Of a DNA stretch of 40,481 bases, positions 1 to 11,964 are shown in pieces. The notes beneath the pieces were generated by a model. That model was not told where the DNA came from. It saw only the letters and a list, made by a program, of their open reading frames with translations, and did no database searches. A program made the position numbers and the translations under genes. Source of the DNA: Streblomastix strix (Eukaryota); contig SNRW01000023.1 in the NCBI GenBank assembly GCA_008636045.1, positions 1-40,481 of the forward strand. Direction: 5' to 3'. How positions within the stretch are numbered: the first letter of the stretch is position 1; the number at the start of each line of letters is the position of its first letter.

Positions 1-846
1 TTTATGCAATAGCGTGCAGATGCTAAATCATAGAAGAATGATGGTCTTGCAACCTTTTGTAAGCTAATTTTGAATTCTGCTTTTGGAGGAGATATATTGT
101 ACAGTGAAAAATATAGTAATATAAGATTATATGATGATGATCACACATTCTAATCCTATTTATTTTAATCATATTATCATGATACAGAAATTGCAGATAA
201 CCTACATGCAGTATAAGTGGATTCTGAATATTGTAAGTGCAATAACTGTTTGTAAGTAGGATATTTCGCATTAGATTCCGCAAAGTATTTCTATATTAAT
301 TTCATATATAATTTCTTGTATAAAGCATTCGATAAAGCGAAGATGCACATAGTATGACTGGATACCGATAACTTGACATTAGCGATAAGTAGTGATAAAA
401 ATAGAGGTCCCGAATAAAGATTTGATGCAATAATTAAAGATATTGAATTCTATAATAAAAATAAAGGATTTTTCTTCAGCGAACACAATTAGAGGAAGAT
501 TCTAGGAGTTCATATTGAAAAGTAAGGATTAAATTGCATTGCATTAAGTCATAAGAATTATATCATAAATGATGAGTGCGGTGATGTATCATTAGTAGCG
601 AAAGGTGTTATACTACGATAAAATCCATAGATTAATTAATAGATATTCGTAGATAATATTAAATAAGGAACAGTAATGAATGTCACTAATACAATATTAG
701 CGTGGAAGAATATGATTATGAGTAAATTATCAATGACAAAGAATGGTATATCAGGATCTTTGACTAAGATGCTAGTATTAGAAAATCAATCGTGTTGTCC
801 ATATATCATGGGATTGACTGCAAAAGATTAATAAATTAAATAGTAA
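1..846 (+). pseudogene. polB: Protein-primed family B DNA polymerase (pPolB), C-terminal part, copy 1 (runs off left edge)
   Basis: Frame 1 with TAR=Gln reads KLILNSAFG (motif B, 61-87), V*LDTDNL (motif C, in-frame TGA at 355-357), ALSHKNY...AKGV and C-terminal ENQSCCPYI. It is homologous to the end of the pPolB at 12170-17090. The natural stop appears lost near 844. Confidence 0.9.
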
Positions 847-870
847 TTATATTATTTTTATTTGATCAAA

Positions 871-1266
871 ATGAGTAAACAAAAATAGTAAGACGAAGTA
901 GTTAATTGTTTTAAATAATATATTCAATCGATGCAATAAACACATTCGTTAATCAACTTATCTACATAACTATAAATGATACTTTAAAGGTTGGACTGAT
1001 GTGAAGAAAAATTAGATAAAAAAATTGCAAGTGAATTACCTTGTAAAACTAGTAAAAAGAATTTGGTATGTTTCGATGAAGCACATAACGATACTGCGTA
1101 TGAAATGCGATTGTCGCTCAAAATTAGAATATAAGATGAGATTCATTGGATGGACTCTGAGTGTAATGTCGAAAATAAGCTTCATAATGCTTGCAAGGAA
1201 TATATAGAAATACGAGATAATTATATAAATTAGTTAGAAGAATTCGTTAAACGTTACAGTGATTGA
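871..1266 (+). pseudogene. Small viral ORF of unknown function, frameshifted
   Basis: ATG after a TTATTTTT...AAA leader. Coding-like pieces lie in shifting frames and end EEFVKRYSD-TGA. Confidence 0.4.
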
Positions 1267-1287
1267 TTTATTTTTGCACTAATCAAA

Positions 1288-1431
1288 ATGCCTATCTTTG
1301 AACCAATGATTGCAAATATTACTGTTGCTATTGATGCTTTTGAATAGCTACATATTGATTGGCACGCTATCTTTAAAAGTATTTGGGAAGCAGCTATCAA
1401 ATATACTTGCGATTCGAAATTGTGCCATTGA
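1288..1431 (+). CDS. 47-aa viral ORF of unknown function
   Basis: MPIFEPMIANITVAIDAFEQLHIDWHAIFKSIWEAAIKYTCDSKLCH-TGA, with the same T-rich leader as neighbouring viral genes. Confidence 0.4.
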
Positions 1432-1457
1432 AGTACTTAGTTATTTTTGAGTATAAA

Positions 1458-2075
1458 ATGAACTAGAGTATTTATGATATAGATTAAAGAATGTTTTAAC
1501 TAAATTAATTAATTCATAATATGTTAATAATATCAAATCGGAATGCTAGAAAGGGTTGACAGGTAATGTGATAAAGAAATTCTGCACAGATAATAGTATA
1601 TCTTTATACATCAATTCATCACCTTTTACATAGTACAATCGAGTAGTGGATAGAGTGATTAGAACGATTAGAGATGGGTTTGGAGAGTATAGTAGCTCAA
1701 CGGCTAATAATATTTTAATGAAATAAATGGTAATCATATACAATAACAATAAGAATGTAGTATTCAACAATAAATATACTCTGTAATAGGTTCATTAATC
1801 TAGAGGTTTAGAAGGATAATTCATACGATATTAGTTGAAATAATTGGAAATAATTAAACGTTAATAATAGTCAAAGCATCTATTTGAATTCAATACTGGA
1901 AATAAAATTTTGATACATCTAGAATATGGAAGAACTAAAATAAAAACTTCAAGAATTAGAAGAAATTTCAATGAATTTGCAACCTTCATCACCTATAAGA
2001 ATGGTAATATGATATGTAATTTACTAAGATCAAATGGTACGATTAGTTAAGTTGAGTTATCTATAAACTGCGCGT
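1458..2075 (+). pseudogene. Retroviral-like (rve) integrase fragment, copy 1
   Basis: Reads VNNIKSECQKG...NRVVDRVIRTIRDGFG...YNN...LEGQFIRYQ...GNKILIHL...RRNFN, colinear with the integrase at 18072-19212. The region with the first catalytic Asp is missing and the C-terminus is truncated. Confidence 0.85.
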
Positions 2076-2293
2076 CAAATTGTTTGCATAAAATTCAGAT
2101 AAAAATTTTTGAATGTAATTCAATGTAAATAACTGATTATTCAAATATATTAATATATGTGATATATGTATATATGTATGTAATATTTAATGTTGTTATC
2201 AGAATCAATATATTTCATATTATGGTTAATTAATATTATAATTATTGAATGTATATCAAAAAATAAGCAAAAATTTTGCGTCAAATTGTTTGC
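2072..2293 (+). repeat. 16-bp direct repeat GCGTCAAATTGTTTGC (2072-2087, 2278-2293)
   Basis: Exact copies seen in sequence; the first coincides with the point where integrase copy 1 breaks off. Confidence 0.75.
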
Positions 2294-2924
2294 GTCTTTT
2301 TGATTACTTTTTTATCAAGCAAGATAGAGCTAAAATGAATAGTGGAAGTATGTATGTATGTGTGCATAAAATAAATGATATATAAACTATTAAGTTTTAT
2401 TTGTTCAGTTTTTAATATTTTAAAAAATTATTTTTTTCAATATTCAAAATACCCTATTTTATTAACAATAATTAATTTATCTAATATGCTTAAAACAATT
2501 ATATGATCATTTTACTATAATTATAATTATACACTATCCATGTACATCATTACGATATATATTTATCAAATTGAACTGAAATAAGTTTCATTATTTTCAT
2601 TTTTATAATTAATATTAATATGCATCTTTTTAACTTTATTTTTAAATTTTAAAATTGATTTTAAAAAATTAAAATAGATACCAGCAATATAAAACTTTAA
2701 AGTTGTTGGCCATATACTATTAAGTATATATATCATAAATATAAAATATTAACATTAAAAAAAATTTCTATGATCTAATATTTATTTTTCAATTTTAATA
2801 AAAATTAATTGAAAAAAATTAAATAGAAAATTTTTATATTTAATGTGTATCTGCTACATGGGTTAAATAAAACCCAGATTGAGGTTAATTGTTTAGATTA
2901 ATTATTTATTTTTATTGAATATAA

Positions 2925-4529
2925 ATGTCGAACGTTTATTTCGATGAAAGATTACTAGACGCTACTGGATTATCTGACTTCTCAGAACTATACGTATATA
3001 TCAAAGAACGATATCCTAAGCAACTCGTGTAACGACTTCAACTTGTACTTATTGGAGACAAAACTATGCTATAGTAGGTGAAATATAATGTTGATATTAT
3101 CTATGGATTTAGTGATAGCTCAAATGAAGAGTTTGTACCACCAGTGCCGAATGCTATAACCAAACTTGATTTGAGTTCGTTATTAGAGGGATAAAGTTTC
3201 TTAACATTCAGTGGTTGAGACTTATAATTAATTGTTTATGGCGATAGAATTACGCTAATAGCTTCATATGCAACAATAGGTCTATTTCAGAACGGCTATT
3301 TATTCAAAAATTATCCCCCTGAAGTAAATCCAAAATTAGATGATTAAGTGATTGCATTAGTTGGAACCGAAGCTCCAAATATATATATATTATTTTGCTA
3401 TATCGATTAAAACGGGCCATTTATTATATGTAATAGACAGATACCATCAAATACTGCAATCATGCTTAATATAATTTTTAATAAATAGTATGAATCATCA
3501 AAGAAAATAAATTATGATGCGAATAATTATGGAAAATTAGACAATAAGGATACATGGAATGTTAATGGAAAAGGTAACTTTGAAGCTTAATCGTATGTCT
3601 ATGTAACAGTTAAAATATAAACTGATTTAATCGAGGTAGGAGTATAAGGATTAAATAGAATTAATTATTGGATCAATAAAATTAAAATAATGGATGAATT
3701 AGCGATAAATAAAGCAGATAGGGCAATATATTTCATTAAAGACAGTCCATTAATCATATATAGTTTTAGAGCAAAATTGGCACAATTAGGCGCTAATTAT
3801 GAAGAATAATAAACTGTATATAAATTATTCTCGACAATCAGCAAAAAATATTATCTTCTAAAACGAAATAAATGCTTATTCATGTTGAATAACAAGAGTT
3901 TTCCGCTACATGTCTGTTTAAAGATATGTATGATAAATCATCGGCTGTTTAGGTGACCAGTAATGGATAATTAAATATGCATCATTGTGAATTTCAAGGA
4001 TTGTGTCTCCTTGAAGACTTTGCGAACAGTACAAATACCAACGAATCAGCATCAAAGGAAGCATTACCTGAAGATGTAGAATCATACATCGATGAAATAA
4101 TAATAAAACATGAAAATATTTAGGTTCATCACCACAACCACAATATACGATAACAAATATCTATAATTAATAAGTAATTAATAATTTTTTCCCTTCAGTA
4201 GCATATTATATGTTCTATATCGTTGATGATGGCACTTGCAGAGTATGTTTGTTCAATCTTTACTTCGAATAAAAAGGTTTCCAAGGGAGAACACAAGAAA
4301 TAGGTCGAAATCTTGATTCGATAATACTTGCTGATGGTAGAAGTTTGGGATTCCTCGCTACTATATATAGAACAAAGGATGGAAGATAAAATAATTTGTC
4401 CGTTAATTATTTTATTGTAAATGCTTAATTTAAATGCTATACATATAGTTATAATATCCATAAGAGTCAATTCCATAAGAAACTACGGATGTTGATAAAT
4501 GTATTGCTAGTGAAATTTATTATTTCTGA
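2925..4529 (+). pseudogene. ~530-codon viral protein, possible fibre/receptor-binding or minor structural protein
   Basis: ATG 2925 (MSNVYFDERLL...), in-frame TGA at 3216, later frameshifts, final TGA at 4527-4529. Segment YGDRITLIAS...GYLFKNYPPEVNP...CYIDQNG...IMLNIIF resembles phage fibre/RBP head patterns (inference). Confidence 0.55.
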
Positions 4530-4577
4530 AAAAAATTAAACGAAATCTGTGAAATCGGCTCGAATAATTGTGTTACA

Positions 4578-4689
4578 TAATGAATGACTTTTGAATGATC
4601 AGGGTGCTCAGATCCAAAGTGCATTTTTAACTCACTTTAAAAATTTGCTGCCAACCTGCCAATCTGCCAATAAATGAGAAATATTAATA
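4578..4689 (+). repeat. Internal repeat family, pair A left arm
   Basis: TAATGAATGACTTTTGAATG...GCTGCCAACCTGCCAATCTGCCAA; aligns without gaps to the reverse complement of 5106-5217. Confidence 0.92.
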
Positions 4690-4750
4690 AAAATCAATAA
4701 TATTTCAAACATTAATTTTATTATTTTTATTGGTTCTATAATTATATTCT

Positions 4751-5040
4751 TCAACTATGTATATCAATAAATAATTGTTATCTTAAATATTCATCATTTC
4801 TCAACATATCAAAATCGTATCTAAATTAACCATTTTTGTCTACAACATACCCATAATCAAGAAATGATCTAGTAAAATCTAACCCATTACCTATTGTTTA
4901 GCCGACATGGCCTAGTGCTCCAAGTATCAGTTTACCAAATAGTTTTATGAACGGTTTATAAAAGTTATCATTAACCCACTAAAGACCTTTCCCTATTTTT
5001 AAATTAATTGTTTTATCGTACGAAATACGCCAATCGCCAT
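4751..5040 (-). pseudogene. ~96-aa viral protein with amphipathic Gly/Lys-rich N-terminus (one frameshift in an A-run)
   Basis: Restoring one base in the homopolymer at 4996-5000 gives MAIGVFRTIKQLIQKIGKGLQWVNDNFYKPFIKLFGKLILGALGHVGQTIGNGLDF...IDIHS-TGA. Confidence 0.65.
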
Positions 5041-5105
5041 AAGTTTATTTATAATAAAAACAAAATTTTTTGTATATTATTTTGGTTTTGAATAAATAAA
5101 TTTTT

Positions 5106-5217
5106 TATTAATTTTTCTCATTAGTTGGCAGATTGGCACATTGGCAGCTAATTTTTAAAGTCAGTTAATAATGTGCTTTGGGTCTAGGCACTCTTACCAC
5201 TCAAAAGTCATTCATTA
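5106..5217 (-). repeat. Internal repeat family, pair A right arm
   Basis: Reverse complement reads TAATGAATGACTTTTGAGTG...GCTGCCAATGTGCCAATCTGCCAA. Confidence 0.92.
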
Positions 5218-5338
5218 CCCAAATCAATTATATATATATAAATTTTATGTACATTTCATTAATAATTTTCTTTAACTAATTGATTTATATTCCATTCAGT
5301 ATTTATTTAACTATTTTGTTTTTTAGTGAACGTAAAAG

Positions 5339-7039
5339 ATGTATAGATTCTTAATGAAAATCACACATTTACGACAAACTGGGATTATTTATAAAATATT
5401 GTTAAGTAATGCTGTCGTTCTATTCACTAATGACGGAGAACATCATTATTCAATCATGGAAATTTAACCAGAATAATAAATGCCAGCGTTGTTTGATTAA
5501 GAAATAATCATAAGTTTATCAGATACAGACCATGACATCACATAGATATAAAATTCGTTCTTGTCGGTAGTGCTAATTGCTAATATTTAACTTGATGATA
5601 AATTTGAAAAAATTGACAAATCATTTAAAGACGGATTGGTTCTATTTGTAGGTCTCAAATCGGGTTCAAATCTTAATAGAGAATATACCATCTATCATAG
5701 AGGTAAAACAATTGATGGAAGCCTATAGAATGACGCAACAACTGAATCATTTATTTATAATACAATCAAGCCAAAAAGCAAGAAAAACAGCAGAAAATAT
5801 ATACATTCTTTATACGAGAACATTCATAATTTTGATACGTCAGCGTGTGGAACATATATAAGTATGCGAGAGATTGAAGAGCTAATAGGAAATCAAACAA
5901 CCGTTCCATATACAATTCCAATACGTTTCAGAGTTAGCATTCCACTTGATGACCTCTTGATATTCTCTGTTTTCATTCATTACCCCATTGGCTTATTTGG
6001 CGATTTAAAAATAAATCCTCACGCATTTGTTCTCATTCATGCGAATCCAATTATTTCAATAGGTAAAAATAATATAATAAATAAAAATGAATTATTGAGT
6101 AGTAGTCTGTAGAAACTAATGGACATTGAATTGATATTCAGAAATTGGAGTCTGAAATTCTAATATACTAAATAATTTGCATAATTGGGATATACAGCGG
6201 ATTCAATAATAGGTCCACATGCAGAACCACTAACTGAATCAAGATTGAAGAACTTAGTGTGCGATATCAAACTCATTACCATGAGCATTAAGAATTATAT
6301 CATAACAGAGGTCACGGCTAACATGGCAGGTTTTAAAGCTACTGTTGTATGCATTAATCGAGTCCGGTAATTCTACAGCTAACGTCCATTTGTCGAACCT
6401 GCACAACGAGTAGAAATAATTCCGTTTCCAACGTCTACTACATTAACTGGAATACGAACATAATAAAACATTCTACTGTCTCATGTAGCCGACTTCTGCT
6501 TTCTATTTCTAAAAGATGCTAGTGTTGCGACTTGCTTTGAAAAACCTTACTACAAGAACATGCTTGTAATCACCTATAGTCACAACTTTCCTGATACGCC
6601 AACGAATACGCTTGTCTAATAATTCTTCTAACTTTAACTCAATACGTTAAATCTTGATCTATTGTTCGAAGCCACTGAAGAATTTGTAGATGCTTTAACA
6701 ATACCAAGTAATATAGCTACTCCAAGACTAAATTCTCACACTGATTTAACAAGCTTTTTGATAACTCTTTAATGTGAAAGGAACAGCAACGGAGCATTAA
6801 CTTTTGACGGATTAGACACTTAGAATTTAAACACATCTGTTGAACTCAGAGGAACACCAATATATCAAGGAGCTACAAATTCGTATCATAATGTTGATAC
6901 TAGTGGAAAGAAACCACCAACTCCAATTCTATGCACAGTTCATGAGACATTTTGGTAGTTCTCACCTGCTGCGGGTGGTAGCTGCATATATGATTCAAAC
7001 CATTCATTTGATGAAGTTATTAGACCTCTTTGTTCTTGA
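5339..7039 (+). CDS. Putative major capsid protein (double jelly-roll) of Polinton-like virus, 566 aa
   Basis: One uninterrupted frame from ATG 5339 to TGA 7037-7039 when TAR=Gln; it joins track ORFs 5864-6112 and 6185-6370. The ORF itself is solid. Capsid identity is inferred from size, beta-strand-like composition and co-location with a packaging ATPase. Confidence 0.75.
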
Positions 7040-7166
7040 GGTAATTGATTAAATTTTTATTTTTTTTATCTGTATTTATAATTATTAGTCTAAACATTAA
7101 TAGTAATATTAATTACATAGGTTAATAAATTATGTGAGTTATTATTTTTATTATTTGTCATAACAA

Positions 7167-7564
7167 ATGGCACATATAAATTCAAATATGACTTCAGCAT
7201 AAAATTTAATATTCAATATTTTAACATAAAATGAAGGAATTGTAATCGGAGAAAACGCCCAAGTGAGTAGAGTGGGTTTTGCACTACCATACGCGTTTGT
7301 AAATTTAGATAATTGAAGAAAAATAATATTTTGTTAATGCAATTGTTCAAATTAAGGCACTAACGAGGATATTTCTATTCATTGTTCAATGGTTTAGGAA
7401 GAACAATATTTCGATTAATTTGTTGGCTACTGCAATGAATAACGTGTTTATAAGCCTTTCATACAATACAACCACAACAGATATTTATACATATGGTTCC
7501 GTTAGAACTAAGAATTATTGGATATAAATTAGTCTCTTAAATTTTTTCTGGAACAGATGCTTGA
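7167..7564 (+). pseudogene. Degraded viral ORF of unknown function
   Basis: ATG after T-rich leader; MAHINSNMTSAQNLIFNILTQNEGIVIGENAQVSRVGFALPYAFVNLDN, then TGA and frameshifts. Confidence 0.4.
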
Positions 7565-7756
7565 ATACTGAAATAGTTGTCGAAGCAAAAGTTAATCGAA
7601 GAAATTAACCTATATTTTTTTTAAATCATCGGGCCAAATCGTTTCACGCAAACGTGCGAGATTCATTAATGTACAAATAAGAGATCAGCTCAATTTGAGC
7701 CAACGAAAATTAATCATTTAAATTATGTATAAAATCAACTTTTTATCTCATATATA

Positions 7757-8610
7757 ATGGAATCATCAGTAAGCATTGACGGTAAAGAAGAATTTAGCAA
7801 AACGTCATTGAATAGAATTGAAATTATTGCTAGGAAATCAGATGGGTTCATTAATGCTTCTATAATTGTTATGATATTAAAAAAAAGAGTAGTAGAAGTT
7901 AATTATTTTTGTTATTTAAATCAAAAAATTGGTCAGATAATTATAGTTATTTTGAATAAATCTAACCATAAAGTCTAAGTAGTAAAAACACCCTTTAGAA
8001 ATATCTGTAGTAAAATGAAACATATTCTGTAAATTATAAAGGATGGTATGTTCATCCAAAATTATTATATTATATCGCAATATAAGCATCGCCAAAATAT
8101 ACATCAGTTGTAAGTGAGACAATTAATGAAAATAATGAACGTATATATGTCGCATATCAAGAAACATATCAATATGATAATTAAACATCCATGGCAGATA
8201 TTGCAAACGAATAAGTTTAAATAATAATTGAAGAATAAAAAGTAAAAATAGATTAAAAAAGATTATGAAATAATACAATTGAAACCAAGAACGATACCAC
8301 AAGACAAAGAAACAGCTTATTTTCTAGCCGTTTAATATATAGAAGTTGATGATAAAAATAATATAATAATTGAAGTTCGTAAAAGAAATATGAAAAGGAT
8401 TAGTCGTAAATTGATGTTAGATTTGAAAAACGCGTTGTAGGACTATGATTAAGAATGTATTGCTTTGACCAAAAATGAAGCAATTAAAGAATATTTAAAT
8501 AAAATAATGGAAAGTATTAAATTTAAAGAAATCAAATATATATTAATGATGATTTAACTGATAAAGTTATAAATAAAATAAAAGAATATATGAATACATA
8601 ATTCAAATAA
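7757..8610 (+). pseudogene. KilA-N domain DNA-binding protein, frameshifted
   Basis: IIARKSDGFINAS...FKSKNW...YKGWYVHPKLLYYIAIQASPKYTSVVS is a KilA-N signature. A coiled region and LKPRTIPQ follow. Confidence 0.85.
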
Positions 8611-8651
8611 TAAATTTAATCAATTATTTATTTTATTTTTGCAGAAATAAA

Positions 8652-8846
8652 ATGAAAAGAATATTATTTGACAACAGAAAAAGCAATAAATTTACATCGA
8701 AATTATAAATAGAAATGGATGAATTAGATGAAATACCATTCGAGGAAGGGATCGAAGGATAGATTAACGAAGTTAAATATTTGAAAGCTTAAACGATTTC
8801 AAAAAATTTATTTTCTAAAATTAGTAACAATTATCTAAACTTATGA
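8652..8846 (+). CDS. Small viral ORF of unknown function
   Basis: MKRILFDNRKS...MDELDEIPFEEGIEGQINEVKYL...-TGA after a T-rich leader. It may originally have extended to ~8950. Confidence 0.4.
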
Positions 8847-9004
8847 CGTAAAAATTAATAAATTATATAAATTGGGAGGTTACATAATATCAAAAATAGA
8901 AGGTCAAGTATGTATAAGAACTTGCGCTAAATACTAATTGAATAGGATTGAGTATAAATTAGACTAGTTTTTTGGATGTTCTGAGTTATTTAGTTTAAGC
9001 GCTG

Positions 9005-9085
9005 AAATGAATGATTTTTGAGTGTTCATGGTATTCTAGGTGTTCTCGGTGTTCTCGGTGTTCACGGTGTTCTCACACCCAACTT
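9005..9085 (+). repeat. Internal repeat family, pair B left arm, with six 9-bp tandem units (RGTGTTCWN-like, 9021-9074)
   Basis: AAATGAATGATTTTTG followed by AGTGTTCAT GGTATTCTA GGTGTTCTC GGTGTTCTC GGTGTTCAC GGTGTTCTC. Confidence 0.75.
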
Positions 9086-9154
9086 GCCTAAAAATCCAAA
9101 ATACAACTGCAATAATATAACATATGAGAAAAATTGATGTTGAGCTTATGTGTT

Positions 9155-10765
9155 TCAGATTATTTTAACGACTGTTTCGCTTACCTCATACTACACCACT
9201 AATGTTTGTTGTTTTGTTAGATGAGTGTGTCCATTCAGTAGGATCACTTCGTATTTTTATATATAAAATATTTAAAATAATTTTTTAAACAATAGCTGGA
9301 GTTGCAAATTTTTCGATTTGTCTTCACTGTAAAACGAGCAAAATTATAATTTTATTTTTTTGTCATCATACAAATAATATTATTACTTAATTTTTATTAA
9401 AATTTTTTTCTAAAATTTTTTCAGATACATTAATGGAAAATTACTGCGTTTTTAGAGGTATGAATTCGTAAAAACAGATAATTTTTGTTTTTTCATTTTT
9501 TATTCAATTAACCATTTCAAATTCATCAATTATTGTAATTTAATATAATAAACATTAACATATTTATTTTACAATTATTAAATTTAATTTATCTCAAAAA
9601 TAACATACGTATTTTACGAAAAAAAATTTAAATTGAATTTTTGCCAATAAGAATAGTTATAATTATTGTTTTTATTGTTCCAATTTTTAATAAATAAATA
9701 TAAATAAAGTATTTTACAAAAAAAATAGTAATTAAGCATGAAATGGGCGGAAAAAACGAAAAATTAAAAAAAAATGTCGGTTTTCACGAATGTGTGCCGC
9801 TGAAAATATAGTTTTTGTCCTTCAATAGTCCTGAATAAATTTTAAAAAATATTTAAATTAAAATTTAGTAATAAGATTTGCTTTTTGGTATTGAAAATAC
9901 ATGAATATATTTTTTGCTTAATTTTTCAGAGGATGCAAATCCAAGTGCTTGCAACTTCAATTTTTGTTTATAAAATAATTTTAAAATTTTTTAAATAATA
10001 AAACGTGGTAGGTTGTTTGTGAATGGAAACACACAGATATACATATTCATATTATATTGTTTCTTTATCTGATGGAATCGAAGATTAATAGAAAAATTAA
10101 TTAAATTTTTATCTGTTAAATGAGTCAAAGAACCATAATGAATCAAGAATTGATTTAATTGTAGCATCTAAACCAATAATGTCCTATAAACAAAGAAAGT
10201 ATGTTATTCTGGGCTATCGGTTCTTAAATAGCTTCTTAAATAGTGGATTATTTTTATTTTTAAATATACTCATTGCATCGTCAAATAAAACAATAGTATG
10301 AGGAAATCTAACTTCAAAATTACCATCTTCACTAGTTCCAGCTCCAACCACATTGGTTAATGTATCATCTTTTGACGATTCAATTAGCTCGTTTTATAAT
10401 TGCTTTTCTTATATTTCATTATATGCTTATTTGCATTCAATAGAATCATTCAATACTTAATCTGCTTCAGCGTTTGGAGCAATATTTGTTGGAATTTTAA
10501 CTAAATCCTACATCTTTTTGTAAGTGGTGTCATTATTTGAGTCGCTGACGTATATAAACAATGTATAACAATGCTTTTTTAATTAGTTTAATTTAATTAA
10601 CTCATAGAAGACATTGTATGTTTTACTACTACCACGTTAACCTATCAGTATGTTTACAGAATTATAAATAAAATTTAATTCTTTATGAATAATTGTTTAA
10701 ATTTCGTGCTTATTCACTTTTATTTCTTTTAATAAGTTATCTACTTTTTATGTTATATACGCCAT
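9155..10765 (-). pseudogene. A32/FtsK-HerA-like viral DNA packaging ATPase, interrupted by a MITE
   Basis: Walker A-like LIGQRGSSKT, Walker B HTIVLFDDAM and motif C KNRQPRITYFLCLQ. Removing 9223-10034 plus one AGAT copy restores the frame EYVYL|TKQQTLVVQYEVSETVVKII-TGA (9155-9157). Confidence 0.9.
9223..10034. mobile_element. Non-autonomous foldback DNA transposon (MITE), 812 bp, long degenerate TIRs, 4-bp TSD AGAT
   Basis: Left end GAGTGTGTCCATTCA versus reverse complement of right end GTGTGTTTCCATTCA; inverted similarity continues for ~270 bp. AGAT is present at 9219-9222 and 10035-10038. Confidence 0.88.
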
Positions 10766-10806
10766 TTTCACATAATAAAATAAATTTTTTATCGGTAAGG
10801 ATTAGA

Positions 10807-11950
10807 ATGTCAACATTAACAGATTAGTAAATAGAATAAATAGTCAATCGGAAAGAAATAAATGCAAGGAAAGAATTTGAAGTAGAAAGAAGCTAAAGCG
10901 CAGGTGAGTAACAAGATAGCGGTGGTAGATTGATAGAAATTGATGGAATGGATGATGATTATGATTATTATGAATCACAATTCACAAGAAAGGACGTAAT
11001 GAAATCAAAAACAAAACCGTTTGGAAGGCTGTCATTTCATCCATCAATGATTCAAAGAACAAGAAAGCATAGAGATCTATAATTCAGAAAAAAGGCGTAG
11101 GATGTCTTTGCTATACTCGTTAGTTATTTTAACGGAGATATTAAGAAAATTAATAGATTATCTTCTGCCGTAAGTGCCCAAAAATATTTAAACGATAAAC
11201 ATTTTGGCAAACGATTTAGTGTATCGGAATAAGACTTAGATGATAATATAGCAACACCAGATAGTGTCTTTGTTTTTGATAAGAAAAAGAATGCAATTTA
11301 TTCAGTCGATGGTTATACAACAGCTGCAGGATTTGGGGACCCAGAACATTAACATAAAAAATATTGGAAGAAATAATATTACTAAGATGTTAATGATTTA
11401 GAACGAACAGCATTAGCAACCAAATTACAACAATAAGGAATAAAAGGTGGTCCTTAAATGAAATGGCTATCAATAACTAAGCCGCATAAAGTAAGAGAAA
11501 TAAAAGTGAATAGTTTCAGAGCATTTATTGTCTATGCAAAAAATTTTTAAACGAAAAAGGAAGCGCATATTTGCCAATGGCTACTAAATAACTGATAATG
11601 GCGTCTGTTTGGAATTCCGTATTTATTACTCCTGCTATAGAAATATTAGAAAGATGAGACGGAAGAACAGACTTATATAGCACAAATAATTAGCTCCTGC
11701 AAAATTAGGAGATTATAAATATATGTCAGTTGCTAAAAGAGTATGTAAGAAAGAATTGCTCAACGTTATTGCTTAATTATATACTGATAATCAAGTTGGT
11801 AATATGATTTTATAAGCACTTGCGCAAGCTATGTAATATTAAGGTAATTGTAAAACATAGAGATAATAATAATAAATTGGTAGTTATGACTTAGCTAAGT
11901 GCAAATTCGTTTGAAACAAGCCACAGACGGAGGACGGAAGAGCGACATAG
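10807..11950 (+). pseudogene. Viral protein of unknown function (possible virion core protein), divergent from the ATPase
   Basis: Open for ~245 codons (MSTLTDQQIEQ...DLDDNIATPDSVFVFDKKKNAIYSVDGY...), then a frameshift near 11545 and a later TGA. It starts 41 bp from the ATPase ATG. Confidence 0.65.
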
Positions 11951-11964
11951 TTATTATTTTAATG

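Noticed and set aside
2100..2920. Left terminal inverted repeat of the main element
   Set aside because: No convincing inverted match to 20600-21700 and no 6-bp TSD could be found by eye.
9021..9074. CRISPR-like array
   Set aside because: Contiguous 9-mers with no spacers, no cas genes, and a eukaryotic context.
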